From Lama guanicoe (Eukaryota), in contig MU053216.1 of assembly GCA_013239625.1 (NCBI GenBank), positions 1,180,001 through 1,244,000 of the forward strand: 64,000 bases of DNA. The letters run 5' to 3'. This document shows, piece by piece, positions 1 to 12,654 of this stretch. The translations under genes were made by a program, and so were the position numbers. The notes under the pieces are model-generated. The model saw only the letters and a list, made by a program, of their open reading frames with translations. It was not told where the DNA came from and made no database searches. Numbering within the stretch: position 1 is the stretch's first letter; each line of letters starts with the position of its first letter.

Positions 1-3000
1 CAAGCCCACAAGCTGAACAGAAAAAAAAATCCAGGAGAGTTCAGGATGGTGGGACAGACGGGAACTGCCAGCGCTGTTGTTTCGTGGTCTGTGCTGGTGG
101 ACATCCACGATCTGGAACAGTGGGAGGGGGTCTGTCCGCGGACTTGCAATTATGCAGATAACCGTGGCTGTAACTTCCCGGGTGTGTGAGCAGAGTCTAG
201 TCTCGAACTTTTGGAGCATCTGTTCCCTCACTGGGAAAGGGGGTGACACTGATCCCAGTGGAAGGGCAATGGACTCTCGAATCAGACAGGCTCAGGTTTA
301 ATACCACTTTGACTACCTGGAGGCTGTGAGCCTGGAGTGACTGGACACAGGGGAGTGGAGGAAATTGTATCAGCGAGGCAGGGGCTCACCCATCACTGCG
401 CCGCAGGCTGTGGGATGACCGGCATTTTTCGCCGACCAGGGTGGGGATGTGCGGTGGTGATCTGAGCAGAGGGCCGCAGGGTCTGGCGTGTTTTGGAAGG
501 ACCACTCTGGCCACTGGGTTGCGAACAGACTGAAGGGAAACAAGAGTGGATGCGAGCGGCCCTGCAACAGTCCAGTAGAGGTGGGGCGGCCCGGGCTGCG
601 GGGCGCGGAGACCGAGGCGGTGGTCAGCGTCTGGACGCGCCTGCAGGCAGACGGATGCAATTGAGGGCTTGTCACTGTTTGTCGTTACCTGTTGGGTGGT
701 TATTTCAAGTGTTGATCTATTCCACTAGACTGGAAGCTCCAGGGGCAGAATTCACGTGTCTTATTCGTCAATGGGACCAGCTCAGCCACACCTGATGAAG
801 GACGGTGAAACCTGGGCACCTTGCCCATGGCTGCACCGGTTGTGCCCCCGAGCCGGACCTCCTGCCCACCGGCTCCACTCCTCCCCGGCACTTCTACTCC
901 AGGGCCAAAGGACTGAGGTGGGGGTCGGGGGGCTGCAGCCACGAACAAAGGGGCCCGGAGAAGCAGGATGGAGGCCAGGGGCAGGGATGTGGAAGAAGGA
1001 AGCCAGCATCCCGCAGAGTCCCAGGGTCGAGAGAGGGAGGGCTGACGGGAGGTGGGGTGGCTGAGGGAGGGGGGACAGACCCACGGCGGGAAACAGGCTT
1101 TTCCCAACAGGACAGTGTGGGTGCAGCCCACCTACGACACAGTTCGCTGCATGGTGGGGGCGGGCTTCACTTCAGACACAGGAGCTGGGGGCTTGCTCCT
1201 CCCTGGGCACCAAGGTTGAAGGCCTGTGTCTGAACACACACATGCCAACACACGCACATGCAAATGCGCACACACGTACACACGCATGTCGGTACCAGGC
1301 AGCTCGGCCTTCAGACAGTGCGCGCCTCCTGAAATGGGGTGCCTCTCCTGCCCCTGGGTCTGACCTGGAGAGGCCTGGTGTCCTGGCAGCACACCTCTGA
1401 GGACCTTGCCTAGTCCTTCCAACCCAAGGTCCCCCTGCTGCCTTTGAGCCCCGTCTCGAGGTCACTTAACTGCCCTGAATCGGGGTCACTTTGTCTCTGC
1501 CAAGCGCCATTCTTCAGAGCTGTGCAGGCCCTTCTCTGCCAGAACCCTCATCTGGTTAATTCCCCTGGCCTCGGTTCCAGCCCGCGCCCCGCCGCCATTC
1601 CAGCATCACACACGCGCCAGGCAGTGTGCCCCGTCCCCCTCTCTGCCACACACACCGTCACAGGCCCCGTGTGCTCCGCGAGGAGAGGCCGCCGCCTCCT
1701 TCCCCCTGGGCTTGTCCCCTCCGCAGCCATCCTGGGCTCGGTCCAGGAATCACTTGGCCTTGGTGTTTTGCCAGGAGAAGGGAGCCTGAAGGCAGAAACC
1801 CTGGCTGACTAAGCCTATCGCTCTGTGAGGGGCCGAGGGGGCCGACAATGGTGGGAGGGGGCTGGTCCAGGCCACCTTCCCTCCTGAGCGACCTACAGGC
1901 GGCTGCCCTTCACCCGCCCGAGCAGATTTAACACCTCTTAGCTCTGGCGTTTAATGAGCTGCCCAGCCTGTTAATTGCTTCGTCAGCTTTTCTGCCAGGG
2001 ACACCCTCTGGGGAGGACAGGTGAGAGGGCCCGGGAGCAGCTGGGAATCAGAGTAGTGAGGGCAGGTCTCTGAGGGCAGGGGGCTGGGGAGACCGGGGCC
2101 TCGGGAATCTGGGGGAGCCCAGCCCCTGTCTCCAGGGCCCCCGGGGTGAGAGAGCAGAGGGCCAGGAGTAGAAAGAGAATGATGCATTTGTCTGCAGTCT
2201 ATTTTCAATGTCCCGTCAACAGGCCTTGCTGGTCATCACGGCCCGGCTGAGCTGCCTCCGAGAATCCCTCAGAGGTTATCCCCTCAAAGGCACAGGCCCC
2301 TGAACTCAAAAGAGGTGGCCACTCCCGCCCCCCTGTCACAGGCCAGCACTGCCCAGGGACCGTGACCGACTGTGGCCCTGACAGCTCGCCCTGAAGAAGA
2401 GGTGAAAGGCATCAGACAGACTTTCCAAAGACGTGAGGAGAGGCGGGCATGGAGAAGAGAAGCCCTCAGAACAGTTGGAAGCTCTCTCCTTCCTGCTCCC
2501 CAGCCTTTCTGCCCACCTCTCCCACCACGTGAAGCTGCCGCAGGCTCTCTGGGGCCTCAGCCCACCAGGTGGTCACCAGCCAGCCTGGAGCAGGGCCACC
2601 GTGCGGTGGGCATGACACGGGGGACGAGGAACGTGGCAGGAGCCGGGCAGCGGGGAGGGATTCAAATTCCTGGAGGCTGGTGGGCCTGATTTCCTGCGAC
2701 CGGCAGCCCAGGTTGCCAGCTCTGCAACACCCCTCTGTCCCTCCCTCCACTGCGGGAGACTGGGCCATCAGCCTGGTGCCCCCTGGAAGTTCCTAAACCC
2801 AGTTCTCATGAAGAACATGTGAGCTTGGAAACTCCCCTTTCAAAAAAAGCCCTTCAAACTACTGCAGGGGTAAACGTTCGCTCTCCTGAGGGCTCCTGCA
2901 CTGACGCAGACCCACCACCAGCACACACACACGAACACAGTAACCTTCGCGTAAGGGGGAAACCGAGTGGCAGGGCAGTGGCAGGGCGCTCCCTCAAGCC

Positions 3001-3049
3001 GACGGAGGCAGGAAGCCTTGCTTCCAGGCGCAGGAGCTCGCCTTTCCGG

Positions 3050-3297
3050 GCGGATAGAGTGGGGGCTTGGGATTGGCAGATGCACAGCGCTGCACGTCAA
3101 ACGGGCGAACAGGGACCCACGGTAAAGCACAGGGAGCTACGTTCAATGTCTTGTAACAACATGTAATGAAAAAGAGTCTGAGAAGAAAAATATGTGCATA
3201 CATAGAACTGAATCGCTTTACTGTGCACCTGGAACTAACGTTATAAACCAACTACACGTCAGTAAAAAGTAAAATTTTTAAATTTTAGAAAAGAAAA
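3050..3297 (+). mobile_element. L1 3' UTR fragment with A-rich tail
   Basis: Aligns by eye with the 3' ends of the L1 copies at 5277-6040 and 46641-47336 (agcacaggga..ttca..gtcttgtaa..actgaatc..ctgt.cacctg.aact). Confidence 0.75.
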
Positions 3298-4537
3298 CCC
3301 CTCAGACTGCTCCCAAGGTGACAGGAAGCCGTGCTTCCAGGCCGAGTCCAGGAAAGTGTCCGCCCAGCCACCTCCCTCCCCACACGACGACCCCAAGACA
3401 AGGGGCCCGCCTCCGTCCCGACAACCAGACGTGCGCTCAGACGGCAGTTCACGGAAACGAGCTGTCCTGTTACCACAGAAAGGACTGTGAGCAGATAGGG
3501 TAGGGGTCCACGGGGAGAGAGAGCCAGGCATGGAGTTTTGACATGAGAGGAGCCATTTTTGGCCTAAGCCACTCTGGGATCTAAGGCGGGTCCCAACGCC
3601 TGCCTAGGACAGCTCTCAGGAGTATGATCTTAGGGGAACAGGAGGACAACGGTCATCAGACAAGAGAGGTATCAAGAGCAAAGACAATATGTCAGTTCTC
3701 TTTTGATGGTAGAGATGAGCCCGAAGCCCCACCCCCCAGGTCAGCCGGGACCTCGGGGAGGAGGGATGTTGGCCTTCCCTGAGCCGCGGGACTTCAGTCC
3801 AGTGAAGCCTGGACTCTGCCTGCCGCCCAAGCCCCTGCACGAACGTGCATGTGCCCTTAGCCTAAACCTCCCCCGCCCCCGCTGCGCGGGGAGACGCAGC
3901 TTTGGGAAGGATCCCCGTGTTCTCCTTACTTCCCCGAGCTTTGTGCTTTTGTCTCCACACCCGCCAAGAGGTGAACCCAGCTTTGGGGAAACAGGATCCC
4001 TGCCCTTCAGACTCCTTGGGCAGCGAAGGACACACTTGTGCCCACAAGAGCTCCAGGAAAGCTCTGCCCAGGGAGGTGGGTGAGATTTGGGTGTCCGTTT
4101 GGTAGACATCCACTGAGCAGCCGCTGTGTGCGGGGAGCCAGGGCCCCTGCCTTCAGAGTGCTCAGTCTCCCTCATTCCAGCAGAGGATCCGGGTGAGCCC
4201 GTGATGACAACGAAGCAAGATAAAGGTTGGTGTTGGGGACTGCCAGGGCTCCGTGGGAGCACATGGGGCGACCCCAACCCGACTTCAAGATTAGGCAATC
4301 CGAGGAGGCTTCCTGGAGAAAGTGACAGGATGAGCAGGATTTAGCTAAGGGAAGAGAAGATGGAGGAAGAGTGTTCCTGGGACCAAGAACAGCATGTGCA
4401 GGGCTCAGGGGTGGAATGGTCAGAGGTGCCGCAGAGGAAGTGGACTGGTCCTGCCTGAGATGATTCCTCCAGGCCTGTCCCCAGCAGGGACTTCCAGATG
4501 GGAAGCCCCTTGCCAGGCACGTTCGACCTAAGGAGCA

Positions 4538-4631
4538 TTTGCTTTTTTTTCCTTAATGGAGGTGCCGGGGATTGAACGCAGGACCCCACACATGCTAAGC
4601 ACGCCCCCTACCACTGGGCTAGACCCACCCC
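4538..4631 (-). mobile_element. tRNA-Ala-derived SINE (Vic-1-like)
   Basis: The minus strand reads as a tRNA-Ala(AGC)-like head with A/B boxes and an A-tail. Confidence 0.85.
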
Positions 4632-5276
4632 TCTGTTCTGGGTTTTCATCTAAGTGCATCAGCTGGGCAGCTGCAGACGAGGGTGTTAGTCAATGAAAAG
4701 GCGCTGGGGGTGGAGGGGCTCCTGCAAGGGAGAACGCTGTCTGGGCAGGTCAGGAGGACTCACTACACTGGTCAGCTCCTCAGGGCCCCACTCTGGGCTG
4801 CTTCCAGGATAGCAGCCCGGGCCCTTGGCCAGGGCCCCGCAAAGGCCTCTGTCTTCTCAGGATCCCTGGGGAGTGGGTGAGGCAGGGTCCCCAGTTGTGA
4901 GGGTCCTGGGTGTACCTTGGCCAGACGCTGACTGCCCCAGCCTGAGTGCCCCACCCCTAAGTCACCTTCTGCCAGCCACTAGGGCCCCAGGCTGAGTCCG
5001 GAGCTGTCGGTAAGACAGCCAGACCTTTCCACTTCCCTGACCTCTCGGCTGCTTTTGTTACAACAGCAGATTGAGTGGGTGCAACAGAGTTCATATGGCC
5101 TGACAAAATCGTCACCTGGCGTCCTCTGCAGACCCCTGGGCTAGATGAACCGGTACGCTAAGTCCCTGCATGCACCACAGCAAATCCCTGGAAGCCTGCC
5201 CCCAGAAACCCCGCCTCACCACGGGCCCTGGCCCTGGAACTTCGTGACCGATGAGACATGTTGACAAGGAGCGTGT

Positions 5277-6040
5277 GGCTGGGGAGGGTGTGGAGAAAAG
5301 GGAGCCCTCCTACACTGCTGGTGGGAATGCAGTCTGGTGCAGCCACTAGGGAGAACAGTATGGAGATGCCTCAGAAAACTAAAATTAGACTTACCCTATG
5401 ATCCAGCGATCCCACTCCTGGGCGTATATCTGGAGAGAACTCTAATTCGAAATGATACATGCTCCCCAATATTCACAGCAGCACTACTTACAACAGCCAA
5501 GACATGGGCGCAACCTGCATGTCCACTGACAGACGACTGGATAAAGAAGCTGTGGTATATTTATACAATGGAATACTACTCGGCCATAAAAAAGAATAAA
5601 ACGATGCCATTTGCAGCAATGTGGATGGATCTGGAGATTGTCATTCTAAGTGAAGTAAGACAGAAAGAGAAAGAAAAATACCATATGAGATCACTCATGT
5701 ATGGAATCTTAAAAACAAAAGACACAAATGAACTTATTCATAAAACAGAAACAGACTCACAGAGATAGAACACAAACTTATGGTTACCAGGGCGTGAGAG
5801 GGTGTGAAAGGGTAATTTGGGAGATCGAGGTTTACAGATACTAACTATATGCATAAAACAGATAAACAACAAGTTTCTTCTGTAGAGCACAGGAAACCAT
5901 ATTCAACATCTTGTAGTAACTTATGGTAAAATAGAATGTGAAAAGGAGTATACGTATGTCCATGTATGACTGAGGCACCGTGCTGTTCACCAGAAGTTGA
6001 CACAACCTTGTAAACTGATAGATAAACAACAAAAAAGAAG
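5277..6040 (+). mobile_element. 5'-truncated LINE-1 (ORF2 C-terminus, 3' UTR and A-rich tail)
   Basis: ORF 5337-5768 encodes the L1 ORF2p C-terminus ([31 protein letters not shown]). Confidence 0.93.
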
Positions 6041-7199
6041 AAGAAGAGGGCAGAGTCCCCTCAGATGGAGATGTCTGAGAAGAACTTTCAGTGGCAGGAG
6101 GAGGGGCAGGGGGCCTCTTAACCCTTGCGCCCTCGGTGTAGGCTGAGATCCGATGACGGGGGGCTAACTTGGAGGATCTGACCAGAAAGTATGGAAACAG
6201 CAGCTGTGAGAGGAGGGTCATTTGGAAGCAAGAAGGCCTGGGTCACAGGGAGGGAGGCCAGGTGGCTGGGAGCTGAGAGGGCCCCGCTTGGCCCTTGTGA
6301 CTGTGAAATGGAGAGGGCAGTCAAGTGATCTTTTTTCTGGCGGCTGCCTCGTCCGTCAGCACCCTGATCTCGCAGGAGTTTACACCCTCCTCCGCTGGTC
6401 CCACAAAGACAGCTGACATCCATCAGGAGGCCCAGGCCAGCCTGTGGATGGTGCAGAAAGAAAAACAGCAAGTGAGGTCGGGGAGTGAGGAAATCTCTTG
6501 GCAGAGGGTGAGACCTGTCCATCTGAAGGGCCTCCAGAGGTCGTCTGGGCCTCCCCTGTCCAGGGAGGGCTGCACACTCCCGGCTGGAGGGGTGGGTTGG
6601 GTGGACAAGGTCTGCGTCTGACAACCGCCTGCTGGAAGCTTCTCCCCAGGCCCATCCTCTCTGGGTGGTTAAAAGCAAGGCCCCTGGAGCCGGACAGTCT
6701 GGGCAGGAAACCAATTCCGCCACTTCCTCACTCCAGGACCTTGATCAAATAATTTAACCTTTCCACACCTCGGTTTCCACACTTGCAAAAGGAGGATGAA
6801 ATAACACCCGCTTTGCAGGGTGGCTGGGCGCTGTAAGTGAGATGGCACTTGAACAGCATGCAGCAGAGTGGCTGGCGTGGGGCAAGTCCACACGCACACA
6901 GGCCAGAGACGCCATCAAGGTCTCCAATCCTTTCCCGAACTTCTGTTCACCTGCTCTTATTCTAGGCTCAAACATTAAAATAAGTAGTTGGCAAAAGACA
7001 GCGGACACTTCCTTCAGTTTAGACCTTTAGGGGCGTGACAGCATGTCGGGTCCTGAAGTCTCCGTGGTCGGCTCTTGGGCACAGTCTAGCTGGGGTAGAA
7101 CATTCTGGAACAGGATGGCTGGCCTTCCTACCCTCTCCACATTGAGCTATCTAGGACTCTGTCGGGAGGCCTAGCAGGGTGGGCCACCTGAGTCCAGGA

Positions 7200-7492
7200 G
7201 TTTTTTATTTTACTTTTTTTTTTTGGTGTGTGTGTCATAAATGAAATTTTTAAAAATTGAAGTCTAGTCAGTTTACAATGTTGTGTCAATGTCTGGTGCA
7301 CAGCATCATGTTTCAGTCATACGTGTACGCACGGATGTTTGTTTTTATATTCTTTTTCATCATAGGTGACTACAAGATATTGAATATAGTTCCCTGCGCT
7401 CTACAGAAGAAATTTGTCTATTTTATATGTACTAGTGTGTATCTGCAAATCTCGAACTCCCAATTTATTCCTTCACACCCCCTTTCCCCTCT
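7200..7492 (-). mobile_element. L1 3' UTR fragment, antisense
   Basis: Reverse complement of the 3' UTR seen at 5790-6030; poly-T at ~7201-7224. Confidence 0.85.
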
Positions 7493-7496
7493 GTGA

Positions 7497-7603
7497 ACTT
7501 TTAATTTTACTTTTTTAATTTATTTTTAGTGGAGGTACTGGGGATTGAACCCAGGTCCTTGTGCGTGCTAAGCATGCGTTCTACCACCGAGCTGTACATG
7601 CCT
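7497..7603 (-). mobile_element. tRNA-Ala-derived SINE (Vic-1-like)
   Basis: ggaggtactggggattgaacccagg...gctaagcatgcgttctaccaccgagct preceded by a T-rich tail. Confidence 0.9.
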
Positions 7604-7755
7604 TGCTCGCGAGTCCTGGTCTTGACCCTCATATATCCAAGAGGTACAGAGTCTCCAGTCAGAGGCATTAGGGATGCCCTGGACTCAGCGCAGTGTGGGC
7701 CCCAGAGGGCACAGAAAGAGAAGCAAGCTGTGGAATGGTACCGGGCACGTCCACA

Positions 7756-8211
7756 CGCTGAGGTCCGGGGAAGGCATTCTGGCTTACACGTGAGTTAGCA
7801 TGAATTCCGTGCTAACTAGAACAGCCTGTCTGTGGCCTATTCAACATGCATGTACATCTGCCTTCATTGTTAAAGAAAAGGGCACATTGACCAGAAGGAC
7901 GTTCACGTTAAAAACGACTAAATGCCTTCCTTCGTGGGACGCCAACGCAGGTTCTCCTTCAGCGGCAAGACTCCCTTCCCAGCAAGGCCACGCTGACTCC
8001 TGTGTTACGCGCTGATCTGTGGGTTTGTTTTGTCTTCAAGCCTTGAGGAAGCGTGTCCCTGACTTGTCAATGTTCTTTGTTCTGACAGGACGTAAAACTG
8101 TCCTGAAAACCATGCTTCTCTGGAGCAGCTCCTCAGTTAACTGAGAGGCTGTCTTCTGGGCTATCGTCACGGTTTGGTCAAATAAACTCATTTTCATCAT
8201 TTCCATCGACA
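7756..8211 (+). mobile_element. Solo LTR, ERV1-like (same family as 58434-58895)
   Basis: Colinear over about 450 bp with the reverse complement of 58434-58895; AATAAA at 8181; ends ...tcgaca. Confidence 0.8.
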
Positions 8212-11200
8212 GAGACATGAAGCTAACATCTTGAGCCTGCCGGCCCAGCCGGCGCCCACTCCGCTGCCCCCTTGCAGGGAGAAATCCAGCCTGCCCTAAG
8301 CAGCCGCCTCTCCCTCCTTGGGGTACCAACTGCAGCTGGTTCCCACCATCCAGTTGGCAGCTGAAACCACAACAGCCTCTCCCTCCCTCTCTCCTGATGT
8401 TTGGGGGCAAAGCCTCCCAGAGGACTTTTTAAAGTGTTCAGTAAGCACCTAATGTGTGCCAGGCCCTGTTAGGCATTCTACTCAGGTTGGGACCTTCCGG
8501 AGCCTCAGTGGCAGGAAAGATGGGGGACATCAGTTGTATGTGCTGGTGTCATCACTGCTGCCTCCTTCCTGGGACGGGGTTTCGGGCCTCGGGGTCGCTA
8601 AGGAGGCCCTCCCCGTGTCCTCCTGCCGGCCCATCTGGGGCTGGCCGGCCAGCTGCAGTTGGCTGTGATTAATGGCCTCTATTAACAGCAAGCTGTAAAC
8701 TGACTCGAATGCTTGGGGCCTGACGCTCTCACCCTGCTGAGTCCCATACCAGGGACACTCTTCAGCCCTGAAACCTCCTGTCCCCCCAGTGTGAGGACAG
8801 AGGGTCAGAGGACGGCTCTACTGGAGGAGTTGAAAATGCTTTCAAAGCAGGAAACAAATCCATGAACCCCTGGGGAGATGGCCCCAATCCTGGCAGCCAC
8901 CCCTCCTGCGGGTGGAGGTGGGAGGAGGCATCTGGGTGCCCTCAGGCAGGCCACGTGCGCTGTGGGGCCTCAGTTTCCCTGTCTGTCATGGGGCCTCCTC
9001 CTCTAATCAGTCTCCCCCAGGGTCTGACTGCAGGCGGCCTTCAGAAAGCTGCCCCCCAGGCCCCCCTGCCACGAAGCCCTCTTCCGTGCGGTCCCCACCA
9101 CCTCCCTCCCTTACAGACTCTTTTAAAAATGAAATGAGCAGGTGTGCCAGGGAGCGGGGTGACATTCAGGGCAAAAGAAACCTCTCCATCCCGACGGGCT
9201 TTAACTTTCCATCACTTGTGGGGTCTCCCTTTCATCCTTACAAGGCAGGGAGGTGCCTCGGGTCTGGTTTAACCCCCTGAACGTGTGGGAGAACTGAGAC
9301 CAGAGAGAGGCTGTGATCTGGAACATCTGGAGAGGTGGCGGCTCCTAGATTGGAGTCAGGTCCCCTGGCCCCTCCGGGGTTCGGTCCTGCGGCCCAGCGA
9401 AAGTGAGCTGTGATCCTATAAAACCACCAGTCCCTGGGCGACAGGAGCAGCTCGAGGTGCGCAGGGAATGGCGAGAGCCATCCCGGGTGAATTGATTTCG
9501 CGTGAAAACAACGGATTAGTGTCTCTGTGCTGCCGTGTCCCTCGGGATCAGCAGGACCTGCGGAATCCTCGGGCTCAGGAAACCGGGCGGGGCCAGAGCC
9601 CGGCCAGGGGCCCCCGCTGGGCGCGGCTCACTTTCCGACCTGGGTGTATGGGTGGGCAGGGGGCCAGGGCTGGAACCAGGGACCCTCGCGGGACCGTGCA
9701 AGCCCCCCGACCGCTCCAGAAAAGGGAGGGGACCCCCGCCCTCAGCCCCACCCACCCCAGCTTCCCCCACCCCCAGCCTGCCAGACTGCCTGTTGGGAAG
9801 GCCTAGGGCTGAGCCACCGCTGCCAGGCAGGGCCCGGGGATTTGTCACATTTTTCCCGGGTTAATTACCTCGGGGCGGAATCCGAGCCCTGTCCGTCTGG
9901 GCACAACACGCCTTGTCGCCTGGTGGGGGCATCTCAGTCTTTCTCAGGTGACAGCTGCTGGCCCGGGACAGAACTGTCCTTATTCTGGGGGCGCCACCTC
10001 CCCAGAGGACCCCAGCTGTCCAGCCGTGGGCGGAGCCTAGCAGGTGCGAGGCGGGGATTGGAGGCCGCCCAGGAGTGGGGCGGGGCCCGGGCCTGAAAGG
10101 CGTCCTCCTGGGCGGCCCACCCCGGGGAGCCCCACCCACTGCACTTGCCCTTTCCGTCTACCAGGGGCAAATATGTGACCTTTCCATTTTTGCCCTGGCT
10201 GAAGGAGTCTTGGTGTCCAGCACAGCGCTGGACACTCAGCAGGCACCCGACACCCGCCGGTGGATGGCGAGTCCCCCAGCCTGTCTGTGTCCCCAGGGAG
10301 TCGTGTTCCCCAGCTCGCTGGCAACTCCCTCCACGGCCGAGAGGGGTCACATGTGCTGCTGGTAGAAACTCAAACATCCTGATGGATGTATTTTTCACTT
10401 CTAAAGATAAATTAGAACAGATTGAAGATGAGTCCTGATGAAATGTATCAAATGCTCCCTTGAGCTCTCAGTGGGAGAGAAGGAGAGGCAAACCTCCAGG
10501 ACACTTGATTGTCCCTTCTCTGGTAATGGCCTCTGTGTTCAATTTGGGGAATGACCTTGGGCTGACCTTTCTTGCCAAGGGGCACATGTGAGCCCTGGGT
10601 GGTCCCCAGGACTGAGTCCCTCTCCTGGACTTTGCATCCTGCCTGAGGACCGGGGGAAACCCGTCCACTGCCAGATGGCCCTGCGGCATCCCATGAGAAG
10701 TCGTCCTACTTTTTGCCCTCTTCATGTCCTGTTCTTCAGCCATTTCTTAGGTTATATGGATCTTCCACTTCTTTCCAACAAACTCCTTTATCCTTTTGGT
10801 TAGCAATCCATTTCCATTGCCTACAACAAAAGCATCCTAATTGCCCTGCCTGAGTCACAGCCCACGACTGGGAATGTACCTAACTCATCATCTGGGCTCC
10901 CTTGGGGAGCAGCTCAGTGAATCTGTTCAGTGTGGAAGAATCCTCAATCCGTCCTCAATTTTATAGATGCAGAGCTGAAGTTCCAAGGAGTCCAAGATCA
11001 CACAGACTCACGGGATCTCTGAGTTAAAAGGGAACTTAGAGTCATTCATCAAACATTTCATCAGATGCCTTAATTTCCTCTGAATGAATTTCAGCAAGTG
11101 ACCATTGAAAGATGTGTGAACGCCTCAGTGACAGCAAAACAGTGTCTAAAAACAGTGAGGCTATTCATTCCGTCTCCAGACGACCTGGTTTAACACCCTG

Positions 11201-11813
11201 CCTGATGCTCACCTGAAAGCTTTCTCTGTGGCACCCACCTTTTCGAGTTGCGCACTACAAATTCTGTTCCTCTTCCACCTGACAGCCCTCAGGTGGTCCA
11301 AGACAGCGGCACACTCCCGAGATTCCTCTTTCCCAGGAAGATGCCCCATTTCTACAGCTCTTCCTCCTGTAGCAGGGTTTTGAGGTCTTCAGCACCCTGC
11401 CCACTGTGCTCTCAATGCATTGCTGTCCTCCCAACGTGTCCCTGAAGTGGAACAGACCACCCAGTAGCGGGCATCTCCCACTGTTCCAGTACAGAGCTCA
11501 CTGGGGACCTGAAAATTGTTTATACACACAAGCGTACACCTAGGTAAAAATTTGCTGGACTGCTCAACTAAGATTTGTACACTTTATTGTATGTAAGTTA
11601 TAACTCAATGTGAAAGTTTAAAAAATAAAAAAAATACAGTCTATTAGGTGAAAAATATTCTTCCACGTGCACGTAGAATCATCTCAAATACTCACACCAC
11701 ACTTTGTGAAGTAACTGTGTAGTTAGTGCCCTTGCCTTATGGCTGGGGAAAGTGAAATTCAGAGGGGACTCATGTTCATAAAGAAGAAAATTTAAACAGG
11801 GAAGTATACTTTT

Positions 11814-11910
11814 TAAACATTTTATTTACCTCATGGAGGTGCTGGGGATTGAACCTAGGACCTGGTGCATGCTGAACACTCACTCTGCCTCTGAGCTTTA
11901 TCCCTCCCCC
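11814..11910 (-). mobile_element. tRNA-Ala-derived SINE (Vic-1-like) with 17-bp target-site duplication
   Basis: Flanked by cagggaagtatactttt (11797-11813) and cagggaaatttactttt (11911-11927). Confidence 0.9.
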
Positions 11911-12099
11911 CAGGGAAATTTACTTTTGAAGTAAAATAACTATTCATTGTTCTTTCCTTACTCACCCCTGTGAAAAACAAGCAAACAATGAACAGAAACA
12001 TTTGTACATTTGTCATTTCTTTATCTATCATCTACTGCCCCCCGTCCATCCATCTGTCCGTCACTCAGGTGAGAGCAGACATCTGTCATTCTGCCTGCT

Positions 12100-12640
12100 T
12101 CACATTCCATTGGTCCTGATGGGAGTTAATCAGAGGTGGGCACACGAACCAGGCTGGCCAGTCAGAGTTAGCCGCCACCCTGGCCACCCTGATTGGCTGA
12201 TGCATCAATCTGTGACCCAAGCCTGGCCAATTAGAGTCAGCCCTGAGATTGGCCACATGTATGCTACCACAGGTCACTTTTCCTTTGGAGTCCACAAGCC
12301 ATGAAGACGTAGGCCTGAGGTGGTGAGCAGCTTCTTTTCAACTGTGTGAAATGACCCAGTTCACAGAGGAAAGCACAGCCAGAGGTGGAGAAAGTGACAG
12401 AGCCCTAAGGACACCAGCTTATCTATTGGATCCAGCAGTGCCTGAAGCTAGTTCTACATGTGGACTTTCCAGTTATGTGAGCTGATACATTCCTCTTGCT
12501 TTGCATTGAACCACATGAAACCATCATTTTTGTATGTCAAAAATCAGTCAAATACTGGCAGTTTTATATGGTGTGGCTTAATAACTTAAACACACTCGAG
12601 TTAGATTTCTAATACAGTTAGCATCCTGACTAATTCAAGT
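12100..12640 (+). mobile_element. MaLR LTR (MLT1J/K-like), interrupted by MADE2
   Basis: Typical motifs gtgacccaagcctggccaat.agagt and ggatccagcagtgcctgaagct..ggactttccagttatgtgagc; ends ..atcctgactaattca. Confidence 0.7.
12500..12583. mobile_element. MADE2-like mariner-derived MITE (~80 bp)
   Basis: ttgaaccacatgaaa...ttttgtatgtcaaaaa...ttttatatggtgtggcttaata matches the MADE2 layout with degenerate TIRs and a terminal TA. Confidence 0.7.
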
Positions 12641-12654
12641 AGGCTTTTAAAATA

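Noticed and set aside
1..2300. Possible IGFN1 5' end on the minus strand, expected by synteny
   Set aside because: No recognisable IGFN1 coding sequence; only L2/MIR-like relics and a weak TAAT cluster at ~1925-1980.
5337..5768. 143-aa ORF with a protein-like sequence (and the similar ORF 46642-46977)
   Set aside because: These are L1 ORF2p C-terminal remnants of 5'-truncated elements, not host genes or active L1s.
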